DNA of 64,000 bases. Source: Clostridiales bacterium UBA4698 (GTDB lineage: Bacteria > Bacillota > Clostridia > TANB77 > UBA1234). The notes beneath the pieces are model-generated. The model made no database searches. It worked only from the letters and a program-made list of their open reading frames with translations, and was not told where the DNA came from. Location of the stretch: the NCBI GenBank assembly GCA_002404755.1, contig DHKI01000032.1, positions 43,039-107,038 of the forward strand, given 5' to 3'. This document shows positions 41,750 through 51,944 of the stretch, one piece after another. Every line of letters begins with the position of its first letter. The first letter of the stretch is position 1. Both the position numbers and the translations under genes were made by a program.

Positions 41750-42928
41750 ATGAATTTTTTATTTGCATATAAAATGGCTATAAAAAGCATATTAGGAAAT
41801 AAGGTTCGTTCACTTTTAACGATGCTTGGCGTTATTATAGGTGTTATGGCTGTTATTGTCGCTGTTGGTTTTGCACAAGGCAGTATGGCGACAATTACAA
41901 ACAGAATTGAAGGCATGGGTTCAAATGCGATTACTGGTATGATTGTTTCAACTAAAGAAAGTAGTAAAGGTGTGACGACGTCAGATTTAGAAAAACTTGC
42001 TAGTAGTTCAGTATATATAAATAGCATATCACCATATACAATGACATCAGCAATTGTAAAAGCAGAAGGAAAAAATAAAAGCACAGGAATTATAGGAACG
42101 AATGAAGATTATCTTAAGATAGAAGGTCAAAAATTAAAATCAGGAAGATTTATAACAAGACTAGATTTAGAAAATTCTGATAAAGTTGCGGTTATTGGAG
42201 CCGCTGTTGAAAAGAAACTTTTTGAAGGAGTTGATCCTCTGGGAAAAACAATAAAAGTAAAAGGAGTTAATTTTACAATAGTAGGAACACTAGAATCAGT
42301 TATGAACGCGGCAGAAGGAACAAAAGACGATTATGTTTTTATCCCAGTAAATGTGGCACAAAGAACATTAAAAATAAAAAATATAACAATGTTTATTGCA
42401 GAAGCAAGTTCACAAGACACAGTAGACCTAGCTAAACAAAAAATAGAAGATTATCTATACAGTGTTTATAAAGACAAAGATGATTATATATTGTTTACTC
42501 AAGAATCTATTCTTTCTATGCTTGGCGATGTTTCAAGCATAATGATGCTTATACTTGGAAGTATTGCAACTATTTCACTTGTTGTAGGTGGAATTGGAAT
42601 TATGAATATAATGCTAGTATCTGTAACAGAAAGAACTAGAGAAATAGGAATAAGAAAAGCAATAGGTGCCAAAAAGAAGGATATATTGGTGCAATTTTTG
42701 ATAGAGGCATTAATGCTTACTGGAATTGGAGGAATAATTGGAATAATCCTTGGACTTATAACAATAAAATATGGAATAGGTTCAATAAGTCTGATAACAC
42801 CTGTATATTCGCTTTCTTGGACTTTAGCAGCATTTTTAATATCACTTACTATAGGTGTTGTATTTGGAATATTCCCGGCATATAAAGCGGCAAAATTAAA
42901 TCCTATAGATGCGTTAAGAACACAATAG
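41750..42928 (+). CDS. ABC transporter permease, FtsX/MacB-like, with a periplasmic MacB_PCD domain
   Basis: 4-TM FtsX fold with a large loop after TM1; C-terminal ...AYKAAKLNPIDALR. Confidence 0.85.
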   Translation: MNFLFAYKMAIKSILGNKVRSLLTMLGVIIGVMAVIVAVGFAQGSMATITNRIEGMGSNAITGMIVSTKESSKGVTTSDLEKLASSSVYINSISPYTMTSAIVKAEGKNKSTGIIGTNEDYLKIEGQKLKSGRFITRLDLENSDKVAVIGAAVEKKLFEGVDPLGKTIKVKGVNFTIVGTLESVMNAAEGTKDDYVFIPVNVAQRTLKIKNITMFIAEASSQDTVDLAKQKIEDYLYSVYKDKDDYILFTQESILSMLGDVSSIMMLILGSIATISLVVGGIGIMNIMLVSVTERTREIGIRKAIGAKKKDILVQFLIEALMLTGIGGIIGIILGLITIKYGIGSISLITPVYSLSWTLAAFLISLTIGVVFGIFPAYKAAKLNPIDALRTQ

Positions 42929-42989
42929 AAATATATACAATTTCATAAAATCACCTCATTAATCATATCTATTAATGAGGTGATTTTTT

Positions 42990-43259
42990 GTGCCAAACGA
43001 AGAACGTAAAAAGGTCCGTGAAAAACTACGTAATGTAATGGAAATACCAAGAGAACTTTTGAAAAATTATTCGAGAATTACTGCCATAGGCAACGAAGAT
43101 GTTTGGATTGAAAATTATAAAAGTATTCTTGAGTATGATGATAATTTAATAAGATTAGGCAATAACATTTGCATATATGGTCAAGGATTAAAAGTCGAAG
43201 AGATAACAGCCGACGATATACTTATAATAGGAAAAATAAGCAATATAGAATTTGAGTGA
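42990..43259 (+). CDS. yqfC: Sporulation protein YqfC (YabP family)
   Basis: GTG start; IPRELLKNYSRITAIGNEDVWIENYKSILEYDDNLIRL matches the YabP/YqfC domain. Confidence 0.7.
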   Translation: MPNEERKKVREKLRNVMEIPRELLKNYSRITAIGNEDVWIENYKSILEYDDNLIRLGNNICIYGQGLKVEEITADDILIIGKISNIEFE

Positions 43260-43270
43260 GGAGTGAGAAT

Positions 43271-44452
43271 ATGTTTCTTGAAAACACCTGGAGATATATG
43301 CGTGGATACATATGCATTAAAGTCGAAGGATACTTTGTTGAACGATTTTTGAATTTGTGTATGTTAAAGAATATTGAGCTTTGGAATATAAAAAAGAAAA
43401 ATGAGATTGAATTGACTGCAAACATAAGATATGTAGATTATAGAGTTGTGGAAGAGATTGCAAATATAACTAAGTGCAAAATAAATAAAAATCTTGCAAA
43501 AGGAATTCCAGATTTAGTTATTAGATATAAAAAAAGAAAGGCATTGATTTGTGCGTTATTTTTGATGCTAATTATCATAAACATATATACATCAAGAATA
43601 TGGCATATTGAAATAATTGGCGATTTCACAATTCCGATAGAAGAACTTTGGGACGAATTAAAATTAGAGGGCGTAAAAATAGGGATGCTAAAAAAAGATT
43701 TGAATTATGATGAAATAAAAAGGAATATTTATCTAAGACGTGATGATGTTGCATGGATGGGATTTGAAATACATGGCACGAAAGCATATGCTAAAATAGT
43801 CGAAAGAAAAAATGTAGAAAAGGATGAACTTAAAAATGAGCCTTGTAATATAGTTTCAGATAAAGATGGTGTTGTAGAAAAAATATTGGTTAGAACGGGA
43901 ATGAAAAGTGTAAATAAAGGAGATACAGTTGTAAAAGGTCAAGTACTAATAAGCGGAAGTCTTTCAAGTGAAAATTCAGTAAGCAGAAATGTACACGCAG
44001 ATGGAAAGGTGGTACTAAAGACATGGTATATAAATAGAGAGACAGTTCCGTACGAAAAAGATGTAGCATACAAGACTGGCGAAAACGAAAAGAAATACAA
44101 ACTAGAAATAGGAAATTATCAAATAAATTTAATAAATACTAGTACAAAATTTGAAAAATATGATACAATTACAGTGTCAAATCAATTAAAATTATTTAAT
44201 AAATTTGACTTACCAATAAAGCTTACAGAGTTGACATATGAAGAACTTAATGTAGATACAATAACATATACAAAAACTCAAGCAGAAAAAATAGCAAGAG
44301 AAAAAGCTACTGCTGGTATGCAATCGATTATGTCAAATAACAATATAACGATTTTGAATACAGATTATAAAACTTTTGAAAATGAAGATGGTATTTGTGT
44401 TGAAGTAACATTAGAATGTTTAGAAGATGTAGGAATAAAAGAAAAAATATAG
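43271..44452 (+). CDS. yqfD: Stage IV sporulation protein YqfD
   Basis: Begins MFLENTWRYMRGYICIKVEGYFVERFLNLC with one TM helix; GAGGAG RBS precedes the ATG at 43271. The ORF track begins at a GTG at 43256. Confidence 0.7.
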   Translation: MFLENTWRYMRGYICIKVEGYFVERFLNLCMLKNIELWNIKKKNEIELTANIRYVDYRVVEEIANITKCKINKNLAKGIPDLVIRYKKRKALICALFLMLIIINIYTSRIWHIEIIGDFTIPIEELWDELKLEGVKIGMLKKDLNYDEIKRNIYLRRDDVAWMGFEIHGTKAYAKIVERKNVEKDELKNEPCNIVSDKDGVVEKILVRTGMKSVNKGDTVVKGQVLISGSLSSENSVSRNVHADGKVVLKTWYINRETVPYEKDVAYKTGENEKKYKLEIGNYQINLINTSTKFEKYDTITVSNQLKLFNKFDLPIKLTELTYEELNVDTITYTKTQAEKIAREKATAGMQSIMSNNNITILNTDYKTFENEDGICVEVTLECLEDVGIKEKI

Positions 44453-44484
44453 AAAGAAACATTACATAAAATAGGAGGTGCAAA

Positions 44485-45693
44485 ATGGCAGAATTACAAC
44501 TTAAGGTAGTAAAGAATACAGACAAAGGCGTATTTGGAAAAGCAATTAATAATTTCAATAAAGTATTATACTCTTCTGGTGGCGGATTCTTTAGCATCAT
44601 GATGAATGGAAAGAGAAACAGTTTATTAAAAGCATACGCAAACGCAGAAGATATAAAAAACATGAAAAGTGAAAGCAAACAAAAAAGTGTAAATGAGAAA
44701 TATGAGAAAGCTTATGACAATTATTTGACAGCATTAGAAAGATACATAACAGAAACAGTCTACAACAAAGTTAAGAAGAAAGTTAGCAATATAAGTGAGA
44801 ATAATCTATTGTCAGAGTACTATGAAATCAATTCTTTAAAAGGCACTGAATACTGTGAATATAGATATAGAATTCAGTTAATGCTTTTACATATGGATTG
44901 GGAAACAATCATATTGACAAAATCAAATAATTTTATCAATAAGTACAAAAAATTTTACATTGGAGTTGTTGGGCAGCTATATAAAGCAATGATGAGGCAC
45001 TATGCAATTGAAATAACTAATACAGTTGATGAAAAAGAAAAAGTCTTTTCTAAGATATATAATTTGACAGAAGATTATATAGTAAACTTTCTTCCAATAT
45101 TAGAAAAAACGGAGGAAACACAACTAGTTTTAGATGCTTATAAAAACTATGTTGAAAAAATAGATAATTTTGCAAGAAAGGACTTCAACGATATCAAAAG
45201 AGAACTTCATCTTTTGGAACTTGCAAGAAGATTGTTTACATATAGCCTTCCAACGCTAGCGGCAGAAGAATGCTATTTAAGCATAATGGAAAAAGCGAGA
45301 ATTATAATATCAAATACATATATCTCTGCCGATAAATTTGAAACATATCAATTATTGCTAGATGCGATAGAAAGTTACAATTATAACGTTTTGTCACAAA
45401 AAGTTGTTTGGGATAATGATGAGGAGAAAGAAAATTATTCAAAGTTCTGGAAAGAATTCCAAGAATATAAGAAGCTAGAAAGAATAGATTTTGATGAATA
45501 TAAGAGATTAAGAGAAGTATTATTCATAACAAAAGAAATAAAAGAAGTAAAAAAGCAAAATAAAGATTATACAAACTTATTGACGTATTACAGAGATCGT
45601 ATGAGACAGCAAAAAGGACTTAGAGGATTAAAAAATTCTGTAAAAAAGATAGACGGAAAATGGAAAACAAAAAGAAGAATAGTTGCAGATTAG
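44485..45693 (+). CDS. Hypothetical Lys-rich helical protein occupying the phoH position of the yqfCD-ybeY-era-recO cluster
   Basis: 402 aa with no P-loop and no recognisable motif; AGGAGG RBS. Confidence 0.45.
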   Translation: MAELQLKVVKNTDKGVFGKAINNFNKVLYSSGGGFFSIMMNGKRNSLLKAYANAEDIKNMKSESKQKSVNEKYEKAYDNYLTALERYITETVYNKVKKKVSNISENNLLSEYYEINSLKGTEYCEYRYRIQLMLLHMDWETIILTKSNNFINKYKKFYIGVVGQLYKAMMRHYAIEITNTVDEKEKVFSKIYNLTEDYIVNFLPILEKTEETQLVLDAYKNYVEKIDNFARKDFNDIKRELHLLELARRLFTYSLPTLAAEECYLSIMEKARIIISNTYISADKFETYQLLLDAIESYNYNVLSQKVVWDNDEEKENYSKFWKEFQEYKKLERIDFDEYKRLREVLFITKEIKEVKKQNKDYTNLLTYYRDRMRQQKGLRGLKNSVKKIDGKWKTKRRIVAD

Positions 45694-45706
45694 AAAGGAA
45701 AATATA

Positions 45707-46174
45707 ATGGTAATAGAAGTGGATTATGATGGTATAGATAAAATACCAGAAGAAGAAAAACTTATAAAAAAAGTGGTAAAGACAGTTTTAAAAGAAGAAA
45801 AAATATTAAAAGATTTAGAAGTATATGTAACACTTACAAATAACGAACAAATTCATAAAGTGAATTTGGAACAAAGAAAAGTGGACAGGCCTACTGATGT
45901 ACTTTCTTTTCCAATGTTCGAAAGAGACGAAATTCCTTATTTGAAAGAAGACGACGGAGAAAGAGATATTTTGGGAGATATAATTGTATCAATAGAAAAA
46001 GTTAGAGAACAAGCAGAAGAATATGGACATTCTTTTGAAAGAGAGCTTGCATACTTAGTAACTCATGGAATGCTACATTTATTGGGATATGATCATATGA
46101 TAGAAGAAGAAAAGGAACAAATGAGAAAAAGAGAGGAAGAGATTTTAGGAAAACTAAAAATAACAAGAGAATAA
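45707..46174 (+). CDS. ybeY: rRNA maturation endoribonuclease YbeY
   Basis: HGMLHLLGYDH zinc motif; the start MVIEVDYDG is preceded by a GGAAAA RBS, and the ORF track starts at 45683. Confidence 0.9.
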   Translation: MVIEVDYDGIDKIPEEEKLIKKVVKTVLKEEKILKDLEVYVTLTNNEQIHKVNLEQRKVDRPTDVLSFPMFERDEIPYLKEDDGERDILGDIIVSIEKVREQAEEYGHSFERELAYLVTHGMLHLLGYDHMIEEEKEQMRKREEEILGKLKITRE

Positions 46175-46187
46175 AAGGAGAATTATA

Positions 46188-47279
46188 ATGACAAAAAATT
46201 ATTGGTTTAAAGTATTATCAGTTTTTATTATAGTGTCTGCAATTTGTGCAGGAGTGATTTGCGGTGTTATATCAGCGAAAAATAAGAGACAAGCTTCTAG
46301 AAATGATGAATTAATAGGCAGTGGAGATGTAACTACTTCGGGTGATATCATTTCTTCAGGAGAAACAAATAACAATGAAGAAGAAGAAAAACCTTATCTA
46401 GGACCTAATATTTATTCTGGCGATTCAAGACCAATAGCTGTAATGATAGATAACGAAAGACCAGCTAGACAAAATCATGGCGGATTAAATTCAGCATATA
46501 TGCTTTATGAATTTATAATTGAAGGTGGAGAAACTAGAATTATGGCATTTTTCAAAAATGCAACTGCTTCATATATAGGACCAGTTAGAAGTGCAAGACA
46601 TTATTTCTTAGATTATGCGATGGAGCATGATGCGATATTTGTACATTTTGGCTGGAGTCCAAAAGCACAATCAGATATAAAAACACTTTCAATAAACAAT
46701 ATAAATGGTATATATGACACATTTTATTGGAGAGTTGCACCAAAAGGTTCATATCACAATGCAATAACAAGTATGGAAAACATTCAAAAGATGATTGCCA
46801 GAAAAAAATATCGTACAACAACAGAAAAAGGTTCTATAGTAACATATAATAAAGAAGATGAAGATATAGCAAGTGGTGATGTAGCAAATAACATTATGAT
46901 AAAATATTCTGCAAGATCTAATTCATCATATAGATATGATGCAGAAAGAAAAGTATATCTAAGAGACATGCGTGGAGAACCACATGTAGATTCACAAACT
47001 AAAGAACAATTCTATGCTAAAAATGTTGTCATGATATATGTAAAAGATGAGCTTTTAGATGATCCAGAAGATAAAGGTAGAAGAGAATTGTACAACATAG
47101 GAACTGGCGAAGGATATTTCGCAACAAATGGACGAGCAATCAAAATAAAATGGGAAAAGAAAACAAGAGATGGTAGAACAATCTACCGTGATTTAAATGG
47201 AAACGAAATAACATTTAATGATGGAATTACTTGGGTACAAATAGTTCCTAAAACAGGAAGTATAACTATTAGTGAATAA
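46188..47279 (+). CDS. DUF3048-family (YerB-like) membrane-anchored protein
   Basis: N-terminal TM helix, an SGDVTTSGDIISSGE linker, then RPIAVMIDNERPARQNHGGLNSAYMLYEFIIEGGETRIMAFF, which is typical of DUF3048. Confidence 0.55.
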   Translation: MTKNYWFKVLSVFIIVSAICAGVICGVISAKNKRQASRNDELIGSGDVTTSGDIISSGETNNNEEEEKPYLGPNIYSGDSRPIAVMIDNERPARQNHGGLNSAYMLYEFIIEGGETRIMAFFKNATASYIGPVRSARHYFLDYAMEHDAIFVHFGWSPKAQSDIKTLSINNINGIYDTFYWRVAPKGSYHNAITSMENIQKMIARKKYRTTTEKGSIVTYNKEDEDIASGDVANNIMIKYSARSNSSYRYDAERKVYLRDMRGEPHVDSQTKEQFYAKNVVMIYVKDELLDDPEDKGRRELYNIGTGEGYFATNGRAIKIKWEKKTRDGRTIYRDLNGNEITFNDGITWVQIVPKTGSITISE

Positions 47280-47395
47280 AGCGAGATAATGGCAGTGTAA
47301 ATCAACTTATAAAAAAGAAAGCACACTGCAAAAAGTGAGAATACAGTGCATTCAATAAGAATACACGCAACTCAAATATTAAAAAGGATGATAAT

Positions 47396-47788
47396 ATGGA
47401 AAACGAAGAATTAATAGCTAAGGCAATAGAAGCAAGAAAAAATGCTAAATCACCAACAGGATATTTTGTTGGTGCAGCATTATTAACTGAAACGGGAAAA
47501 GTATATACTGGATGCAATTTAGGTTCAGATGACGGAATTTTTAATATATGTGCCGAAAGAGTTGCAATAGTAAAAATGCTTTCGGAAGCACCGGAAAAAA
47601 TAAAAAAGATAGCTGTTGTTGGTGGAAGAGAAACATTAATACCAACAACACCATGTGGTGTATGCAGACAATTGATTTATGGATTAGGAAAAGATATTGA
47701 AATTATATGTGCATTCAATGAAGAAAATGAATTAAAATATAAATCATATAAAATAGAAGAATTATTGCCAAGTGGCTTTACGTATTAA
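47396..47788 (+). CDS. cdd: Cytidine deaminase
   Basis: CAERVAI and PCGVCRQ zinc motifs. Confidence 0.9.
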   Translation: MENEELIAKAIEARKNAKSPTGYFVGAALLTETGKVYTGCNLGSDDGIFNICAERVAIVKMLSEAPEKIKKIAVVGGRETLIPTTPCGVCRQLIYGLGKDIEIICAFNEENELKYKSYKIEELLPSGFTY

Positions 47789-47899
47789 AAAGAAGTATTG
47801 GTTACCAATCGGTTTTATATGCTTGGCATTTGCAAAACTATTTTGCAGAAACGTATGTGAATTTGAATGGGAAAGACCGATATTAAGGAGGAAAAATAA

Positions 47900-48784
47900 A
47901 TGTTTAAATCAGGATTTGTAGCAATTGTAGGAAGACCTAATGTAGGAAAATCAACACTTTTAAATAGACTAGCAGGACAAAAAATAGCAATAGTATCAAA
48001 CAAACCACAAACAACAAGAACAGCAATAAAAGGTATAATAAATAGAAAAGATGCACAAATTATATTTACAGATACTCCAGGAATTCACAAACCTAAAAAC
48101 AAACTTGGAGAAAAAATGGCAGAAACAATAGATACAGCAGTATCAGATGATGATTTATTGTTATATGTTATAGAAGCAACAGATAAAGGAATTGGTATGG
48201 CAAATGAATTCATACTAAAAAAGGTAAAAGAATCAGGTAAAAAAGCCATATTAGCAATAAACAAAGTCGACTTAGTAAAAAAAGAAAATATATTAGAGTT
48301 AATAAAGTTATATAGTGCAGAGTACAATTTTGAGGCAATAATTCCAATATCAGCAAAAGAAGATGATGGAATAGATACATTGTTAGAAAAGATAATAGAA
48401 GTACTTCCAGAGGGACCAGCATATTATAGCGAAGAAGAATGGACAGACCAAACAGAACGTCAGATAATAGAAGAAACAATTCGTGAAAAAGCATTAAAAG
48501 TATTAGATGATGAAATACCTCACGGAATTGCTGTAGAAGTTGTAACAATGAAAAAAAGACCTAAAAAAGACTTGTACGATATAGAAGCAACTATATATTG
48601 TGAAAAGAAAACTCATAAGGCAATAATAATCGGAAAAGATGGCGAAGTATTAAAGAGAATTGGAACAATGGCAAGAGAAGATATAGAAGCAATGATGGAT
48701 GCAAAAGTAAACTTGCAATTATGGGTAAAGGTAAAAGAAGGCTGGAGAGATAGCAGTATAAAATTAAATCAAGTTTTTCACTAA
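47900..48784 (+). CDS. era: GTPase Era
   Basis: GRPNVGKSTLLN, DTPG and NKVD motifs with a C-terminal KH domain. Confidence 0.95.
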   Translation: MFKSGFVAIVGRPNVGKSTLLNRLAGQKIAIVSNKPQTTRTAIKGIINRKDAQIIFTDTPGIHKPKNKLGEKMAETIDTAVSDDDLLLYVIEATDKGIGMANEFILKKVKESGKKAILAINKVDLVKKENILELIKLYSAEYNFEAIIPISAKEDDGIDTLLEKIIEVLPEGPAYYSEEEWTDQTERQIIEETIREKALKVLDDEIPHGIAVEVVTMKKRPKKDLYDIEATIYCEKKTHKAIIIGKDGEVLKRIGTMAREDIEAMMDAKVNLQLWVKVKEGWRDSSIKLNQVFH

Positions 48785-48959
48785 AAGAAAGTATAGGACA
48801 GATAAAAAGCTAAAGCACAAAGGAGGAGACTTATGAGCAAAGATTTTGCTTGGCAATTATTCAAAAATACAGGAAATTTAGATGCATTCATGATAATGCG
48901 AGAATATGAAGAAATAGGAGAAGAATTAACTCCTAATAGAGATTTAGATGGAGCTAAAG

Positions 48960-49697
48960 ATGGGAATAATAAAGACAAAAGGAATAGTAATTAAAGTAGC
49001 AAATTCATCAGATAATGATAAGGTGTTAACCGTATTAACACCAGATTTGCGGAAAAATAAATGTATTTTGCAAAGGTGCTAAAAAAAATAAAAGCACCTT
49101 TTTGTCTAGTACAGAAATACTAGCCTTTAGCGACATGATGTTATTCTCACGGAAATAGTGAGTTATATAGCTTAAACTCTGCTGAAACAATAGAAGTATT
49201 CTATAACTTAAGAATGGATATAGCAAAGCTCTCATATGCAGCAACTATGCTTCAAATAATAAACGATGTCTGTATGGAAGGCGAAATATCATATAAAAAA
49301 CTACAACTACTATTAAACACACTTTATACATTATCAGAAACTTCGAAAAATGAAGAGCTGGTACTCGCAATCTTTAAAATAAGACTTTTAGCAATATTAG
49401 GTTTTGTGCCAAGACTTCGGAAAATGCACAAACTGTAACATAGGTGCAGAAGAAATAAAAGAAATATACTTTAGCATAAAGAATAACGGAATAAAATGTG
49501 AAGCTTGTAGCAAACAAGACAAAGGAGCAATAAAACTAAGTTATGTAGCGTACACATCTTTGCTATACATACTGTCAGCCGAACCAAAGAAAATATTTTC
49601 ATTTGAAGTGCCAGAAGATGCAATAAAAGAGCTATCGTTAATTGCAAAATTATATACAGATGAAAAGTTAGAAAAAGAATATAAAGTTAATATTTAG
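48960..49697 (+). pseudogene. recO: DNA repair protein RecO, interrupted by three frameshifts (about 49050, 49150 and 49405-49435)
   Basis: Four successive frames read in order: MGIIKTKGIVIKVANSSDNDKVLTVLTPDL; GKINVFCKGAKKNKSTFLSSTEILAFSDMMLFS; GNSELYSLNSAETIEVFYNLRMDIAKLSYAATMLQ...; GKCTNCN...CEACS (zinc ribbon). Each piece aligns to the RecO family, with GK and SG conserved across junctions. Confidence 0.65.
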
Positions 49698-49917
49698 AGT
49701 AAATGTCAATAGGTAAAAGCTTATTGGCATTTATTTTTTTGAAATGAATTTCCATTGCTCAATATAAATGGAGTGCATAAAATGTAAATGTATTTTATAA
49801 AAGTGCAGCTTAAGCTTAGGTGTACTCCGTAAGAAGCATCACTGTCAGCGTTTGTTTGGCTTAAGGCTGAACAGTAACAAAATATTGAAATAAAATAAAT
49901 ATATTGAGTAATTTTTC

Positions 49918-49946
49918 TTGAATTTTACATAAACTTGTGATAATAT
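49918..49946 (+). promoter_or_regulatory. Sigma-A-type promoter for the glyQS T-box leader
   Basis: TTGAAT (49918-49923), 17-nt spacer, TAATAT (49941-49946). Confidence 0.4.
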
Positions 49947-49952
49947 AACTTG

Positions 49953-50176
49953 CATAGTTAAATAGATTATGGTGATAAAGAGGAGTAGCTATATAAATTT
50001 TTAAAGAGAGTTTGGATTAGGTGGAAGCCAAATAAAATCGTATGGTGAATGGAGCTTTTGAATAATCAAATAATTAAGTGAGTAGCTTTCAAAAAGCTAT
50101 TAACTAGGGTGGAACCGCGGAAGTTTAATTTCGTCCCTAGCTACATTTTATAAGTGTAGCCAGGGACTTTTGTTTT
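49953..50176 (+). ncRNA. T-box riboswitch leader (glycine) upstream of glyQS
   Basis: Conserved T-box sequence AGGGTGGAACCGCGG at 50106-50120. Terminator hairpin gtccctagctaca / tgtagccagggac (50133-50167) overlaps the T-box and is followed by ttttgtttt. An AGAGA motif lies upstream in stem I. The element sits directly 5' of a tRNA synthetase gene. Confidence 0.8.
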
Positions 50177-50285
50177 ATGTCTAAGCTACATAAAGGTTTT
50201 AATAGTAGGTGGTGTAAAAAACACTACCTAAAAAGTTCGTGAAGCATAAGAAACTTCGTGAAGAAAAATATAAGGAGGAATATTT

Positions 50286-51674
50286 ATGGTAGAAAAAACA
50301 ATGGACAAGATAGTTAATCTATGTAAAAACAGAGGATTTGTATATCCAGGTTCAGAAATTTATGGTGGACTTGCAAACTCATGGGATTTTGGTCCTTTGG
50401 GTAGTGAGTTAAAAAAGAATATAAGAGATGCGTGGTGGCAAAAGTTTGTTAAAGAAAACAAATACAATGTTGGTATTGATGCCGCAATTATGATGAACCC
50501 TCAAGTTTGGGTTACAACAGGACATGTTGGAGGTTTTAGCGATCCACTTATTGATTGTAAAGCTTGTAAGACAAGACATAGAGCAGATAAATTAATTGAA
50601 GAATGGTCATTTAAAAAAGGTGAGCAAATCTCAGGACTTGATGGATGGTCAAACGAAGAATTAGTTAAATTTATAAATGACAATAAGATACCTTGCCCAG
50701 ATTGCGGAAAGACAGATTTCACAGATATTAGAAAGTTTAATTTGATGTTTAAAACATTTATGGGTGTTACAGAAGATGCTAAATCTGAAGTATATTTAAG
50801 ACCTGAAACAGCACAAGGTATGTTTGTTAATTTTAAAAATGTCCTTAGAACAACTAGAAGCAAAATGCCTATGGGTATATGCCAAATTGGTCGTTCTTTT
50901 AGAAATGAAATAACACCAGGTAACTTTATTTTTAGAATAAGAGAATTTGAACAAATGGAACTTGAATTCTTCTGTAAGCCAGGAACAGACTTAGACTGGT
51001 ATTCTTACTGGAAAGAGTACTGCAAAAATTGGCTTTTAAGCTTGGGTATAAAAGAAGAAAACTTAAGAATGAGAGAGCACTCAAAAGAAGAGTTATCATT
51101 CTACAGCAAAGGAACAACAGATATAGAGTATTTATTCCCATTTGGCTGGGGAGAACTTTGGGGAATTGCCGACAGAACAGATTACGATTTGAAGAGACAT
51201 ATGGAAGCTTCAAAAGCAGACCTTACATATTTAGACCCAGAGACAAATGAAAAATATATTCCATATTGCGTTGAGCCATCTGTAGGTGTTGAGAGAATAT
51301 TCTTAACAGTAATTTGTGATGCATATGATGAAGAAAAAATATCAGATGATGATACAAGAATAGTACTTAGATTGCATCCGGCTCTTGCACCATTTAAAGC
51401 TGCAATTTTACCACTTTCTAAAAAGTTAAGTGCACCAGCTACAGAGTTATTTGAAAAGTTATCTAAAAAATTCAATTGCGAATATGATGATGCTGGAAGC
51501 ATTGGTAAAAGATATAGAAGAGAAGATGAGATTGGAACACCATATTGCATAACATATGACTTTGAATCAGAAAATGATAACTGTGTAACAATAAGAGACA
51601 GAGATACAATGGAACAAGTAAGAATACCAATAGATGAAGTTGAAAAGTTTATAGAAGATAAACTAGTATTTTAA
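50286..51674 (+). CDS. glyQS: Glycyl-tRNA synthetase (class II, dimeric GlyQS type)
   Basis: 462 aa; contains ...[12 protein letters not shown]..., [23 protein letters not shown] (motif 2) and [10 protein letters not shown]. Confidence 0.95.
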   Translation: MVEKTMDKIVNLCKNRGFVYPGSEIYGGLANSWDFGPLGSELKKNIRDAWWQKFVKENKYNVGIDAAIMMNPQVWVTTGHVGGFSDPLIDCKACKTRHRADKLIEEWSFKKGEQISGLDGWSNEELVKFINDNKIPCPDCGKTDFTDIRKFNLMFKTFMGVTEDAKSEVYLRPETAQGMFVNFKNVLRTTRSKMPMGICQIGRSFRNEITPGNFIFRIREFEQMELEFFCKPGTDLDWYSYWKEYCKNWLLSLGIKEENLRMREHSKEELSFYSKGTTDIEYLFPFGWGELWGIADRTDYDLKRHMEASKADLTYLDPETNEKYIPYCVEPSVGVERIFLTVICDAYDEEKISDDDTRIVLRLHPALAPFKAAILPLSKKLSAPATELFEKLSKKFNCEYDDAGSIGKRYRREDEIGTPYCITYDFESENDNCVTIRDRDTMEQVRIPIDEVEKFIEDKLVF

Positions 51675-51810
51675 AGTATAGCGAGCAATCGTTTTGAAAT
51701 AGCAAGAGCTTAGTTTGATTTGTTAAAAATTTGGCATACTGATATAGAGGCATATAAATGGAATAAGTCGAAAAGTATCTAGAAAACTTGTTATGTAATT
51801 ACATATTAAC

Positions 51811-51846
51811 GTAAAAATAGCACATGAAAACATGTGCTATTTTTGA
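51811..51846. terminator. Rho-independent, likely bidirectional terminator after glyQS
   Basis: 10-bp perfect stem atagcacatg / catgtgctat, loop aaaa, A-run before and T-run after. Confidence 0.7.
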
Positions 51847-51944
51847 TGATGATTAGAAAAATTAATCACCTATAAAACGTTCATATACCTTTTGATTGTT
51901 ACTAATAAATAGTACAATCGTGGCTATATGAAAGACGTTTTATA

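Noticed and set aside
49404-49440. Assigning the third recO frameshift specifically to the C before GGAAAA
   Set aside because: Both frames are open over about 35 nt containing T4 and A4 runs, so the exact indel position cannot be fixed there. The CGGAAA context is noted, but a homopolymer error is equally possible at this site.
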